Source: Moniliella sp. 'wahieum' (taxonomy: Eukaryota). From it: a DNA stretch of 64,000 bases. Shown here piece by piece: positions 48,794 through 60,238 of the stretch. Location of the stretch: contig RSEE01000076.1 in the NCBI GenBank assembly GCA_003971905.1, positions 62,001 through 126,000 on the forward strand, given 5' to 3'. Under the pieces are notes generated by a model, which was not told the origin of the DNA, ran no database searches, and worked only from the letters and a program-made list of their open reading frames with translations. Within the stretch, counting starts at the first letter, position 1. Every line of letters begins with the position of its first letter. Made by a program: the position numbers and the translations under genes.

Positions 48794-48837
48794 CCAGCGA
48801 TCGTCCACCCGCGTCTGGTGGCGCGCGGCAAGACGCC

Positions 48838-50621
48838 TCACGACACCACCTCCAGCATCTCCCGCACCGCTGCCGAGCAAACCAGAGTAAGTCAGCCATC
48901 CATGCGCACCTCGTCCCCGGGCCCGGGCCCGTCCTCGCCTCGCCGCCCACGCAGCACGTACTCAAGAACTTCTCGCGCGCCTTGCCTAGCTTAGCGCCGC
49001 GCGCCACCTCGGCCTGGTCAATCCGCCGCCAGTCGGCCGACGACACACCTTGTGCACTGGCTGCTGCAGCGACACAGGCAGCCCAGGCGGCGGAGAAGAA
49101 CAGACACTGATACCTTGCTGCCAATCCGCTAGCACCGCGTCCGCCGTATCGTATGCGCCATACATCGTCGCGCCCAACACGCCCGTCGGCCCACGCGCCA
49201 ACCAGCCCGCCACGTATTCCCCTGCCGCCCTGAGATCCGCCCATCCGTGTTGGGCACAAGGCTGCGCCGCGCATCAAATGGGAACTCCTCGTCCTCGTCC
49301 TTGCTCTTGCTCTTGTTCGTGCTCGTACTCGTGTTGTGGTCCTCGCTAGGGCGGCCCGTCGTGCCGGCCAGATCAAGGGCTTCTTGCCGGGCGGAACGAG
49401 GGACTCGGACTGGTACCCAATGTGGCCACGACAAAGTCGGCTCGGGTACGTACCTTCTCCCGGTGGGAACGACCTTTGCACGAGGCTCGCCTTGCTGTTC
49501 CAACGACGCGCCAGGAACCGAGTGCGTGAGGTCCCACTCTACCTCGTGCACCGCTTCGCGGCCGGCAAGGGAAGAAGAGGAAGAAGGGGAAGGAGAAGAT
49601 GAAGAAGGGGCGCCAAGCAAGGAGTGCGGTGGTGGTAAAATTCGATCCCCCAGCTGCGCCCGCCGGGGGGAGGGGGGAAAGGTACCTTACTTGCCTGTCG
49701 GAGCAACGACAGCGTGCGTACCTTTCCTCGCAGCTCAGCCTTGTCCAATAACTTGGCCTGTCCGGCGGCCGCGACAGCCGTCGGCATGGTCGAGCAAGGC
49801 TGGGTCGATGGGTCGAAGTGCCGTGCCAGGCATGTGCAACAACTCACGTAACTCCTTGTTGGTAAACGCCACGTGAGCCGGACCCCGACGGGCAAATAAA
49901 TCCACATGCTCAATCCGCGTCGCCTGCTAACGCAGCCAACACAGGTTCTGGCACATCCGTCTCGGCGAGCACTTTGCGTGCCTCGTACGCTGGCGCGTCC
50001 ACGCTCAACGGTCCCCCGTCCCTCGCAGCACCGTACGAAGTACATCCAACGCAACGTTGCCGGCACCAATGATGGCCATGTGACGTGCGCCAGGCGGCGG
50101 CGCAGCGCCCCGCCCACCGCAAGCGCACCTAACGACTCATCGTGCGCAGCAGGTGGCCGTTGTACCATTGACAAATTCTAGCGCTGGGTGCACGTGCGCC
50201 AGCTGGCCCGGCCCGCCGCCCCAGCAACATCCAACACCCGCGGAAGAGAGGCCCCGTACGTGTAGACAATGGGTATAGTGCTGCCGCAGTTCCGTCAGGA
50301 GAGGTGGGACGCATGCGGACGCGGTACCGTCCCGTCCCGCCTGTGCCGACACGCACGTTGCCAAGGAACGTCAGAGCGTCCTGCGCCGTCTGGGCAAACT
50401 TGTGCTCGCAGTTGCGCACGTGGGTGGTCAGGCGCAACCCCGTACCGCACAAGCCCGTACGGCACAGGCAACCGCTCGTACATGTGCACCGCGAGCTCCG
50501 ACCCGTGCGCACTCGACCCCGGCACCGCAGATAGCAGACGTCCCGCCGTGTACCATCCAGCAGGACCAGCACCGACAATGGCCACCTTTAGCGGTGCACG
50601 CACCACACGGCTCGCATGCAT
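48838..50621 (-). CDS. ARH1: NADPH:adrenodoxin oxidoreductase (mitochondrial); heavily frameshifted; 3' intron ~48871-48961
   Basis: KVAIVGAGPAG, YERLPVPYGLVRYGVAPDHP, FLGNVRVG, GWLARGPTGVLGATM, WRRIDQAEVARG..KAREKF, last exon VREMLEVVS*. Confidence 0.9.
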
Positions 50622-51458
50622 ACACAACGACCGACGGCAGCATCGCCAGGAAACGCAGGTGGTGGTGCTTTGAGCTCTTGCGCTGGCGGCGCCTCAAGCC
50701 CCAAGTCAAGCTTCAAGAGCTTCAAGCTTCAAGTGAAGCTTCATGTCCGAACGACGCTGCTACCTCCGACACCCACCGCACTTCAACATTTCACCCGAGT
50801 CTTTTCTATTGCACGCTGAGAGATCTACCTTGAGGCGTCCAGTTTCCAGCTTCAAGCCAGTGGCTTCGCTTTCCATGGCCCACCCCACCCCCCCGTTGCA
50901 GGCGCGCGCATTACTGCATCACCTCCCGACGACAGAAGAACGTCGAGCCTTCGTACGGTACGCCATGCATCTCCAGCATTAAATCTAAAGTAAAGGTGCG
51001 GGAAGCGAGGCGAGAATCAATTAAGTACTGTGGTTTTGCCACAAGAACATTTTCAATTTGCCCACGGCCTGGCGGATAGAGATAGCAAACAAATTGGGAG
51101 AGAAAAAAGAGCGAGAAAGAAAGACGTCACATCATCGAATCATCAGTCGGTACATGGTACAGGGTGGAAGGATCAAGTCGAAGGTCACCACACCCAACTT
51201 GAAGTGCCAAATGCTAAGTGCAAAGGGCAAGGGTGAAGGGTTGAAGGTGTGAAGGGTGAAAGGAAAGGTGAAGGGTAACCGGTAACGTAGCCAGCATGGT
51301 ACGGTAGGGCAAGGCACCAAGAAACAAGTGACGGATCTTCATCGTCCTAAGATATCGCACCCTCGGCGGGTCAACTTTTTGACGTTCAACGTTCAAGAAA
51401 CGACCGTGTGTCGATTGTCCGAGCCGAGGTGAGGGAGCGGGCGGGGAAGCGCCTCTCA

Positions 51459-53038
51459 TTACTCATTGAAGCGACGGCGGCTTTCAATCTGGCCCATGGC
51501 ATAGTGACCGTCGGCGGTGGAGGCGAGGTCGGGCCTGAGCTCAATGCTGAGACCTGCGTGGGGGTCTTCGATCCCGGAGCCCAACATGGTGGGGGTACAT
51601 CACTTCTTCCCCGATCTGGGCCAGGTCGATGCCCAAGAGCTCATCTTGCTCGGTGGTGCGGAAATGGCAGTAGGGAATCCGGTCAATGAGGAAGAGGAGG
51701 ATCATGGTCACGACAAAGCTGTAGCCGACACCGTAGCATGAATCGGCCAGTTGGTAACCCAGCTGCACATAGTGATGGTTGATCCACCCGCCCCCAATGG
51801 GCTCTGAGAGATCAAACGACGCCACGCGCCGGTCGGCAAAGAGGGCAGTCAAGATGTTGCCTGTCACGCCACCCACGGCATGCGCAGCAAAGATATCGAG
51901 ACTGTCGTCGATGCGAAAAGCGTCTGAGACCCGTACCAAAGTTGCACGCCGTCGCTCCCACCACACCAATACAAGCTGGCTGGTGTGCCAACGTACCCTG
52001 ACGCTGGCGTGATGGCCACCAAGCCACTAATCACGCCGGAACAAACCCACCGTGGACCACTTGCGCTCCAACCGAAAGTCCCATAGCATCCACGTAATCC
52101 CGCCCGTCAGCGAGCCACAATGGTCACCATGGTAGCCTGCACCGCACGTAGGTTCGCACCCAACGCCGAGCCACCATTGAACCCAATCCATCGACCCAGA
52201 GGAAAACGGTACCGAGAAACAACATAGGATACATTGTATGGACGGTACGCCAGTCGCTCGTCCCGTACCCACTGCGCTGTCCGAGGAAAAATGCTGATGG
52301 CCAGCGCGGCAATGCCGGACGAAGTGTGCACGGGCGTGCCGCCGCAAAGTCAAGTCCTCCCATCTTGTTGGACCAGCCAACGCCCACGTTCCAAGTCGCA
52401 TTGGCCAAAGGATTGTACACTGTAGAGATCAAGCGGGCGCAACGATTGGGTCAGAGAAGCCGACGAAAAAGAAAGTAAAAGTAAAAAGAAAAGAAAGAAA
52501 AAGTGGGCCTGAAAAAAGGGCAAGGGCGTAGTGGGAGTCAGGCTAGTCAGGTGCACAACGTACCAATCGTGCTCCAGCAAAACGTAAAGAGAAGCATCGG
52601 TCCCAAGCGGCCGCGATCGGCAAAGCTCCACAGGCAAATGACAGGCGTAATCGCAGCAAACATGCCCTGGTAGAGCAGAAGAGAAGCAGGCAAGCTAGCC
52701 GAGCCTTGCGACGGTTGCAGATCCACATTCATCAAAAAGTGACGCAGTCCCCAATGAACGCGATCCCGTCTCGGAAAACGAAAGCGAATAGCCCCAGAAA
52801 ACCACTCGACCCACCAACCGCCATCACAGCACACTCATCCACACCATCGACAAGGCACTCTTCCGCCGCAGCAGGCCTCCGTAGAAGAACCCGAGACCGG
52901 GGATCATGAGATGACAAGCGCCGAGGCAGTGATCATCCACGCCATGTCCCCCAGGTTGTACACCTGCTCTTGGCCCTCGACCCAGACGGAGAGGTTGCCC
53001 TCGGGAGTAAAGGTGGCGTTGTACTTGTCGGCAAGCAT
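51459..53038 (-). CDS. Ammonium transporter (Amt/Mep family); intron ~52423-52563; frameshifts
   Basis: YNLGDMAW, PGLGFFYGGL, YQGMFAAITP, GGLDFA, VHTSSGIAALA, WIGFNGGSA, IDDSLDIFAAHAVGG, QLGYQLAD, DELLGIDLAQIGE. Confidence 0.95.
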
Positions 53039-53720
53039 TGTGCTGCAGGTGGAAGCTTGAAGGGGAGCCCCACGGTGGGGAACAAGGAGGACAGACTTGG
53101 GGATGTGGTGGTTAAGGGCGAACAGGGGGCGAAAAGAGTATAACCTTGCAATGGAACACGGGATGGCTTGGGCAGTGCTTTGTACTCTGTACTGTGTGGC
53201 GTTGGACGTTGTGTTGAAGAATTCCTCATTGTTAGTTGGTCAGGACAGCCCTCGGCAGCCCAGCAAGGCCTGCGTCGGGACAGTGGGCTGGTGCGCTGGG
53301 GAGGCAGGCTTGCGTGCCACGCAGGAGACGAGTGTGCGGACATATGCGAGCGCCACTGGCTTGCCTTGATTTGGGGTGCAGTGGCCCCATGCCTAGTGCC
53401 TGCGCCTCCCCGTCCACAGGGCCCAGTCGCAGGGGGGCTGCAGGGGGGGCTGCAGGGGGCCGGCGCCACGGCTGAGGGAGGGTGCAGGATGGATGATCGG
53501 CGATGGCGTCGGTGTGGCGCGGGGGCGCGGTGAATTGGCAGCGTAGGTAGTAGGCGCAGCACGCAGCTGGGGTTTGCTTTCGCGCAGTGCCCTGGTGCCT
53601 GCGGGCCAGATGGGGCGCAGACCCATTGTACCGGACACGCGTGTGGCGGAGACAGCCCCTGTGCGTCCCCTTGGCACCCGCACGGCGCTACCCAGCCACG
53701 GTGGGAGCAACCGGCGTCAG

Positions 53721-53810
53721 TATCGATTAGCTATTATTGACACTATCTCGATTATCTTGACCTAGCCCGCTTGCTATCTCCGATCGACGATCGCTTCCTT
53801 CTCCATATCA
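53721..53810 (-). promoter_or_regulatory. Cluster of five GATA cores ~700 bp upstream of the ammonium transporter (AreA/Nit2-type nitrogen regulation)
   Basis: TATC at 53721, 53744, 53753, 53775 and 53806; three match WGATAR on the minus strand. Confidence 0.6.
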
Positions 53811-53904
53811 TCGACACCCCACCGTTCCTCCCCCGTCGCTTTCCCTTTGGCTTCCTCCGTCCTTGACCTGAGATCAGAGGTGCTCAGACACGCCCAGACG
53901 CCAG

Positions 53905-54124
53905 TGAAGCTTGAAGCTTGAAGCTTGAAGCTAATAGGCAGTGATAGTGAGGCCAGAGGGTCACTCTCCTGATCATGCCACTGCTTTTTCCGTCCACAGC
54001 GTTCGCCTCTGTTGTCGGCGCTGGCACGTAGCTTACAGCGATGTCCATCTTCAACACGAAGCTTCCTTGAGGCTGAAGCTGCTCAGCGCTCATGTACTCA
54101 TGAGGCTTGAAGCTTGAAGCTTGA
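53905..54124. repeat. Two (TGAAGCT)n heptamer arrays
   Basis: TGA at 53905, 53912, 53919, 53926 and at 54101, 54108, 54115, 54122. Confidence 0.85.
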
Positions 54125-55570
54125 CCGCCCTGATGACAGCTTTATACAGACGAGAGATGTCCGGACATGGCGGTCTACATTATGCACTACACAGTGCCGC
54201 TGGGGGGTGAGTGCGAGCATGAGTTGGTATAGGAAAGATATAGACCTCTATTAGTATGGCTGGACAAAAACGGTGTAACATGTAACAGGCAAGTCTCTTC
54301 GGAGACGGACCAAAGCAATCGCCAGGCGTTGACTGATATCGATAAGGTGTCCCCGGCATTAGACCCTCAGGGCCCTCTCAGGCTCAGGCTTCAGGAGGCC
54401 CAAGCGCTTGGTGTGATGCAACGATGCGTCATGTATCATGTCAGGCATGTCCCGTACCATCTCTCTCTCTCTAGCTCCCTCGACGTCTCATTCCATCGCG
54501 CCAACCCCAACCTGGATTTAGGCCGGCTTTCCTTGTCCATACTGGTCACATGCCTATGGGTTGCGTCGTATGCAACATCTCACCTGACCTGCCCCGCTGC
54601 ATTCCCCTCGCCGCATTCTCCTCGCCGCATTCTGCCCTTATGAGCACGTAGGGCTTGCTTCACTGGTTTGTTTGTCTTTTGGGACCGTGGGCACCCAGCC
54701 ATTGATTGCTCGCACCACTACACACTCCCTTCATCTAACGAGGTACGGGTAGGTATGATGGCGGCCTGCCATCGTTCGTGCCTTACATGCTTGCGATGCC
54801 TCCCCGACGGTGCGCGGCCTGCCCCACTCGTTGCAAAAGGGACCACCCCCGGGTGGGGGTAACCCAAACCAAGTCTACGGATGAAAAAAAAAAGCAACTG
54901 ACAGCCACTAGTGGCTGGCTTCCCGCCCACCTGGTTCGTGCCCTTCTCTCCATATGCATGCGCTTAGGATTTCCTGGTCCCATCACATCCGCATGCATCT
55001 CAGATATCACAGCGCCACTTGGGCCCTTCCCTTGGCTCCATGCCCATCAGGAGGGATGGGGTGGGTATCAGTGCGTCGGCTCCACGCTCGGATGCGCCCC
55101 CCGTCGACGGAACACGGAGCGGGCGGTTGTCGCCTTCAAGGTCCAACCGCGCTTCCACCTCTTTGCGCCCCCGCCAAAACAGAGTGCGATCGATGCGGAC
55201 GGGGAGGGCGGGGGTTGGAACTGGCCGAAGGTGCGTGGCCAGGACATGCGGTATAGATGCGGGTGGATGGTGGATAGGGGGTCGGGGGGGCCCGGCAACC
55301 GTCTCGCGGGGAGGAGGTTGCCCTGCCAGATCCCACCCCAGCGGCAGCGCTTCAGCTTACTGTGGGGAAATGAAATGTTGCAGGTGGACACACCGGCGGT
55401 GATCGACAGAGGCACACTGGCGCCGTGCGGCGTGTCGGCTGCGTTGGTCTCGCTTTCACATTCACACAACACGGGCGATCCAAACACCATCTGGGCATCT
55501 GGGCATCTGGGCATCTGGGCATGTGTCCCCCGTCCCCACCACCACCATCTTCACCTCCACCTCCACACAC

Positions 55571-58500
55571 ATGCCCCGCTCCCGCCGCCCGCTTCGCCCT
55601 CGGCGTCTCCTTTGCCCTCGCCCTCGCCATCCCTCTCGCCCTCACCCTCCCCAGCCTACCACTCCGATCTCGGCCTCGACCTCGCCCCGCTCCATAAACA
55701 GCTCGAGCGCCGCGCCAAGTCCGCCGCCCGTCGGCCCACTCGCCCCCACCAGCCGAGCCAGTCCAGCCCCACCCGCACGCGGCCGCTGCCGCTACCGTCC
55801 CCCCTCCGGTCGCACCTGGCTGCCTGCCTCCGCCACGGCTCCTCCTCTTCCATCCCCTCCTCCGACACCGACCACGACACTGAGACCGAGGGCGAGACCG
55901 AGACCGAGGGCGAGTCGGATAGCTACCAGCACCTGCCGCGCACAGAGCTGCAGAACATGCTGCGCGAGGCGCGCAGGGTCATTCGTCAGCGCGAACGCGA
56001 CCTCGAACTCGCTGCGCGCGTCGGCACCGCCTTGGTCAATCGTAACCTTAACCTTCACCTCGCCCAGCCGCCGCGCTCGCCCTCTGTTTCCCACTCCCAC
56101 TCCCACTCCCACTCCCACTCCCACTCCAACTCCAACTCACGTTCCCACTCCCGCACCGTATCGTCCGCTTCAGCGCACCATGCTTCCCCCCGCTCGCTCC
56201 CCTCCCTCCACCGCCGCACCCCGAGCACCTTCCGTCCCCTCCCTGTCCCCTCTGCTTCTCCCTCCCTCCAGGACAGGCAGGCGCATCGTATGCGCCACGC
56301 CTCCTCCCTCTCCATCAGCTCGGCCCACTCCCTCGACCTTCATAGCCACGATTACTTTGACCCGCGTGCCTCGCGCCCTTCCCAGCGCGTCGGGCACCAC
56401 CCCAGCGCATCCGACTTGAGCTCTGTCTACTCGGACCAGAGCAGCTTTCTTCTCCCCAGTCCCAAGGAAGAAGGGCTGGTAACGTGCGCTCGCCTCCCGG
56501 GGCCCGCGGCGGACCCAACGGCTGTAGCGCGGGCCCAGGCTAGAGAGGCCGAGGCTCAACGCCGCATGGACACTCTCACAGAGGAAAACATGATGCTCCT
56601 CGAACGCCTGACCCAGCTTCAGTCCGATACTGAACTTAATCGCCGTGAAGGAGGGGCTAGACTGCGTCACCTCGACCACGAACTTGGCCTGCTGCGTGAC
56701 GATCTGGACCGCGTCCTCGAACGTAACGCCCACCTCGAACGGCAAGAAGAACGTACACGTATCCCCTCTACTTCTCCTGCCTTTTCCCCCCACGCATCAC
56801 GTGGCGATCGACACCCTCGTACTCGCTTGGCTGCCCTCGATACGCTTCCCGACTTGGACGGCGTTTTATCCCGGTCCCACACGCTGGTGCCGCATCCTCC
56901 TCACGATCAGGACGCGACCTCGACTCTGACCGAGACTTCGTCTGGCTTCCCGCTCGGTTGGAACAAGGGCGAAGCGCGCGCGCGCGATTCCATCGCCTCC
57001 TTGTCATCCATCTCGGTCGGTAGCACACCCACTCACCCCAAACACCAGGAAGCACCCACCTTCTCGACCTCGACCTACCTCCCGCCTTTGCTGGCGCGGG
57101 CGCGAGCGTGGCGGACGAGTTGCAGGCGGCAGCGGCTGTCGCCGCCGCGTCAGCCGCGCACCAGCTCAACGCACACCCGTCGTCTAGGATCTCGACCACG
57201 GGACACCATGCGCGACACGTGTCCCAGCCGCTTCCGCTGGGCGTGTCGAGGGGGTCCAAGCGGGGACAGGAACCGGAGCTGGACTGGGAGCGGCCGCTGA
57301 CCCCGACGCAGGAACAAGAGATGGACCACTTGGTCAGCCGCTTGCTGCACAAGATTCGTCAGCTGGAACAGACCAATCTTGAGATGACGCGGGAAGGGCA
57401 CGCGATCGACAATCGGTTGGGACGGGCGATCGAGGATAATGAGCGGTTGCGCGACGCGTACCGTGCTCGCATCACGTCCGCTCGTACCAGGCCGAGCCGG
57501 AGCAAAGCGCAGGTGAGGAACTGGAGCAAGAGGTAGTGAGCCAAGTGATCAAGTCCAAACCCAAGCCCAAGCCCAAGCTTATGGACCCAGCCACCGCGGG
57601 ATGGGCAACCGGTACGCGATTGCCGCTCAGCGACTGGCCAACGACGTGCTCGCCTCCCCTCTTCCCCAATCGGTACCGAGCGGCAGTACGCCTCTTTCTG
57701 CCGGTTCCGACACCACGACCGAGCGCGGGCAATGCAAGTATCTCGGGGTGGGGGTGGAACGATGCGCGTCGGACCTGCTGCCCGAACCGGGCGATCACAC
57801 AGCCGAAGTGATGGATATGTTGCGGGAAATCGAGGCGTGGCGCGAAATGCCCCAGAGGGAGGACCCGGAGGAACAGGAGGAACAAGAGGAACCCGAGGAA
57901 CTTGAGGAACCGTGGGATCCTGAGACCCAGGCCCAAGTCGAGATGGAGGACGATATGCGCTGGTAGAGGGGGACGCTTTGTCTCTGGGTCTCGAGGCGCT
58001 CCGAGCGGCAGCGCGGACCGACTCGCGGCTCAGGCCGACATAACCGAGCCAGAGACGGTCGAGGCACACCTCCGGTCTCTGCTGTACAGCACGGAACAAG
58101 GTGGATGGCAAGATGAGGTAGAGGTGGTGCCTCGGGGCGCACTGCGGGACACCACAATGCACACCACGGCAGAAGGATTTGATCTGATTAGCGAAGTTAC
58201 CCGACGTCGCGCCCCTCTGGGCCGACGATGAGGTTATGGCCAACCCATCACGCTCCCGCAGGCAGTCCAGTACGGTTGATTGACATGCCGCCCTACGGCC
58301 GAAGGGGGGTGGTAGGAAGCGGTTGGATGATCGTCATGGCACTCCGACGTGCGTTGGGCGTCGGGCCACCGGCCGAACGTAGTACTCGTACCCGGAACCG
58401 CCGACGCGTCAACCTCCCCCAAGACAGGAGGACGAAGTAGGTTCTCGTCTGACTATCCAGAGTGCCGCCCAACTCGAGGCCGAGGCCACTATGCGCTCCG

Positions 58501-59173
58501 TTTTGCGCCACCGTCGTATCCAATTCGAGCGTGCGGTCGCACAGATGCGTCGCCCAGCGCCAGCTGAACGGTTACGTCTTCCCCCGTCTCACGGACTAGA
58601 GGGCTTGTCCCACACGCCCTCCCCCCCCTTTTCCCCTTCTCACTCTCACCTTGCCTCCGAATGGGGACGAACCGTCCGATCCAATGTACGTCCACCGCGT
58701 TCAGCGCTCCCGAGCTCACACCTCCACCAGCTCCACAAAGGTTTCGACCCGTTCCCAAGCTTTGGCCAGGACCCAGACCTCTTCAGCCCATACCCCCCAG
58801 TCTCCCCGGGTGCACCGCCGCCCTTCTCTCTTGCTCCAAGCGATTGCCGACCCGCACCAGGCAGTGGCCAGCGCCAAGGCCAAAGTGGATGATGTGTCGA
58901 ACGAAGTGGCTACCTTGATCACCACTTGGGTCTCTTTTGCTTCCATCCTCCTCTGCGCCGGCGTTTACCTCTTCTCGTACGTTAACGTCTTGCTTCGTCC
59001 CACTGTCCTATGGTTCCTTCTTCCTGTTTTCCGCTTGTCCCACTGCCCCATCACTAACCTGCGACGCCTGTGCATGCTCTTTTTTGCTTACCAGACGCGG
59101 ACCGCGTCGGGTCCTCAACCAAGCCGAACGCCACCTCGGCCCGCCCGCATCCGCACCCGCGCCCGGAACGTGA
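55571..59173 (+). CDS. Uncharacterised coiled-coil protein with N-terminal CC1-box-like motif and C-terminal TM anchor; intron 58977-59094; frameshifts
   Basis: RQRERDLELAARVGTALVNRN, heptad-rich helices (MDTLTEENMMLLERLTQLQ; LLHKIRQLEQTN), TM TWVSFASILLCAGVYLF, spliced tail SRGPRRVLNQAERHLGPPASAPAPGT*. Confidence 0.7.
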
Positions 59174-59996
59174 TGTGGTACCGTCCGACTTACATACCAA
59201 GCCTCTCTCTCGCTCCTCACCACGCTGGGACTCTAGCCTCACCACGCTCGTTCTTTAGCACGCCACTACCCCACTACTCTAGCACCCCACTACTCCACTA
59301 CTCTAGCACCCCGCTACTCCAGCGAGCCGCCTGAGCGCCTCCGGCTCCCCCCGTTCCTCCCCTTACTCCGACGGTTGAACGTCACTAGCTCACTACTCTC
59401 CCAGTGTACGCCAAGCCGGGCAAGCCGAACCAGGGGGCTCTTCGGTCGAGGATTCATCAACCAACTACTACCTCCACTCTTCCATTTCCATGCTCGCACC
59501 TTATCTCGGGTCGGCCGTCTCGGTTGGGGTTGGGGGCCCTGGCTTGCGATCGAGACAAGATCCCTGTGAGCCCCTCCTCCCCACCTCGCTTGAATACCCC
59601 CCTATACACGTACCCCTGCATCTCGACCAAGGGACCGGACGTCATGCGTCTGCATCTGCATCTGCGCTTGGCCCGTCCGTCCATGTCCTGTCGTTCTTAT
59701 TAGGTCTTCAGTTCTTATACTCCCGATTGCTTCTGCCTCCTCCACCGACGTGCTTTTTGTTTGTTTGTTTGTTTTGGGGGCTGCGGTTGCAGTTGCATAT
59801 GCATATGCATTTGCGTTTGGGTTTGCGTGTACACGCGGCCTTGTCCGTTGTTGACGTAGGCCTGGTGGGGTGGAAGAGTGGAGCGGGGGCGGTAGGCTCT
59901 GTCCGGTAGACTCGAGATGGTGCAGGAGATAGACGCGCTGGACGGAACAGAGGGTTTCGGGTAGGGCAAGTCTTGAGGCGGCAGAAAAAATAAATC

Positions 59997-60082
59997 CTCT
60001 CCGACCGGGAATCGAACCCGGGTCTCGTCCGCACGTCCTGAAAAGTGACAGGGACGTGTCATAGCCACTAAACTATCGGAGA
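59997..60082 (-). tRNA. tRNA-Asp(GTC) with 14-nt intron at 37/38 (60032-60045)
   Basis: Acceptor stem TCTCCGA/TCGGAGA plus G73, anticodon arm CGTCC-CTGTCA^C-GGACG, T-arm CCGGG-TTCGATT-CCCGG, T-rich terminator. Confidence 0.95.
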
Positions 60083-60238
60083 CTATATTACGGAAGTGAA
60101 AAGGGCAGATAAAGGCCATCCCATTGCGATGGCTTTTTTTTTTTTCTGCTCCCCCAGGCTCCAACTACTTAACTTTTGTCCTGCTACCGCTACTGCTGTA
60201 ACGCACCGGCCAGCGCACTACCATCCCCTCCTCCTCTC

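Noticed and set aside
54145..54290. RNase P RNA (GAGAGATGTCCGG ... ACAAAAACGGTGTA resemble P4 strands)
   Set aside because: The pairing is weak, the span is too short, and no convincing P1-P3 helices are present.
54778..55570. N-terminal ~260 aa of the 840-aa ORF
   Set aside because: It starts at a non-ATG codon and reads like promoter/UTR sequence with simple repeats; the ATG at 55571 plus one indel is the more likely start.
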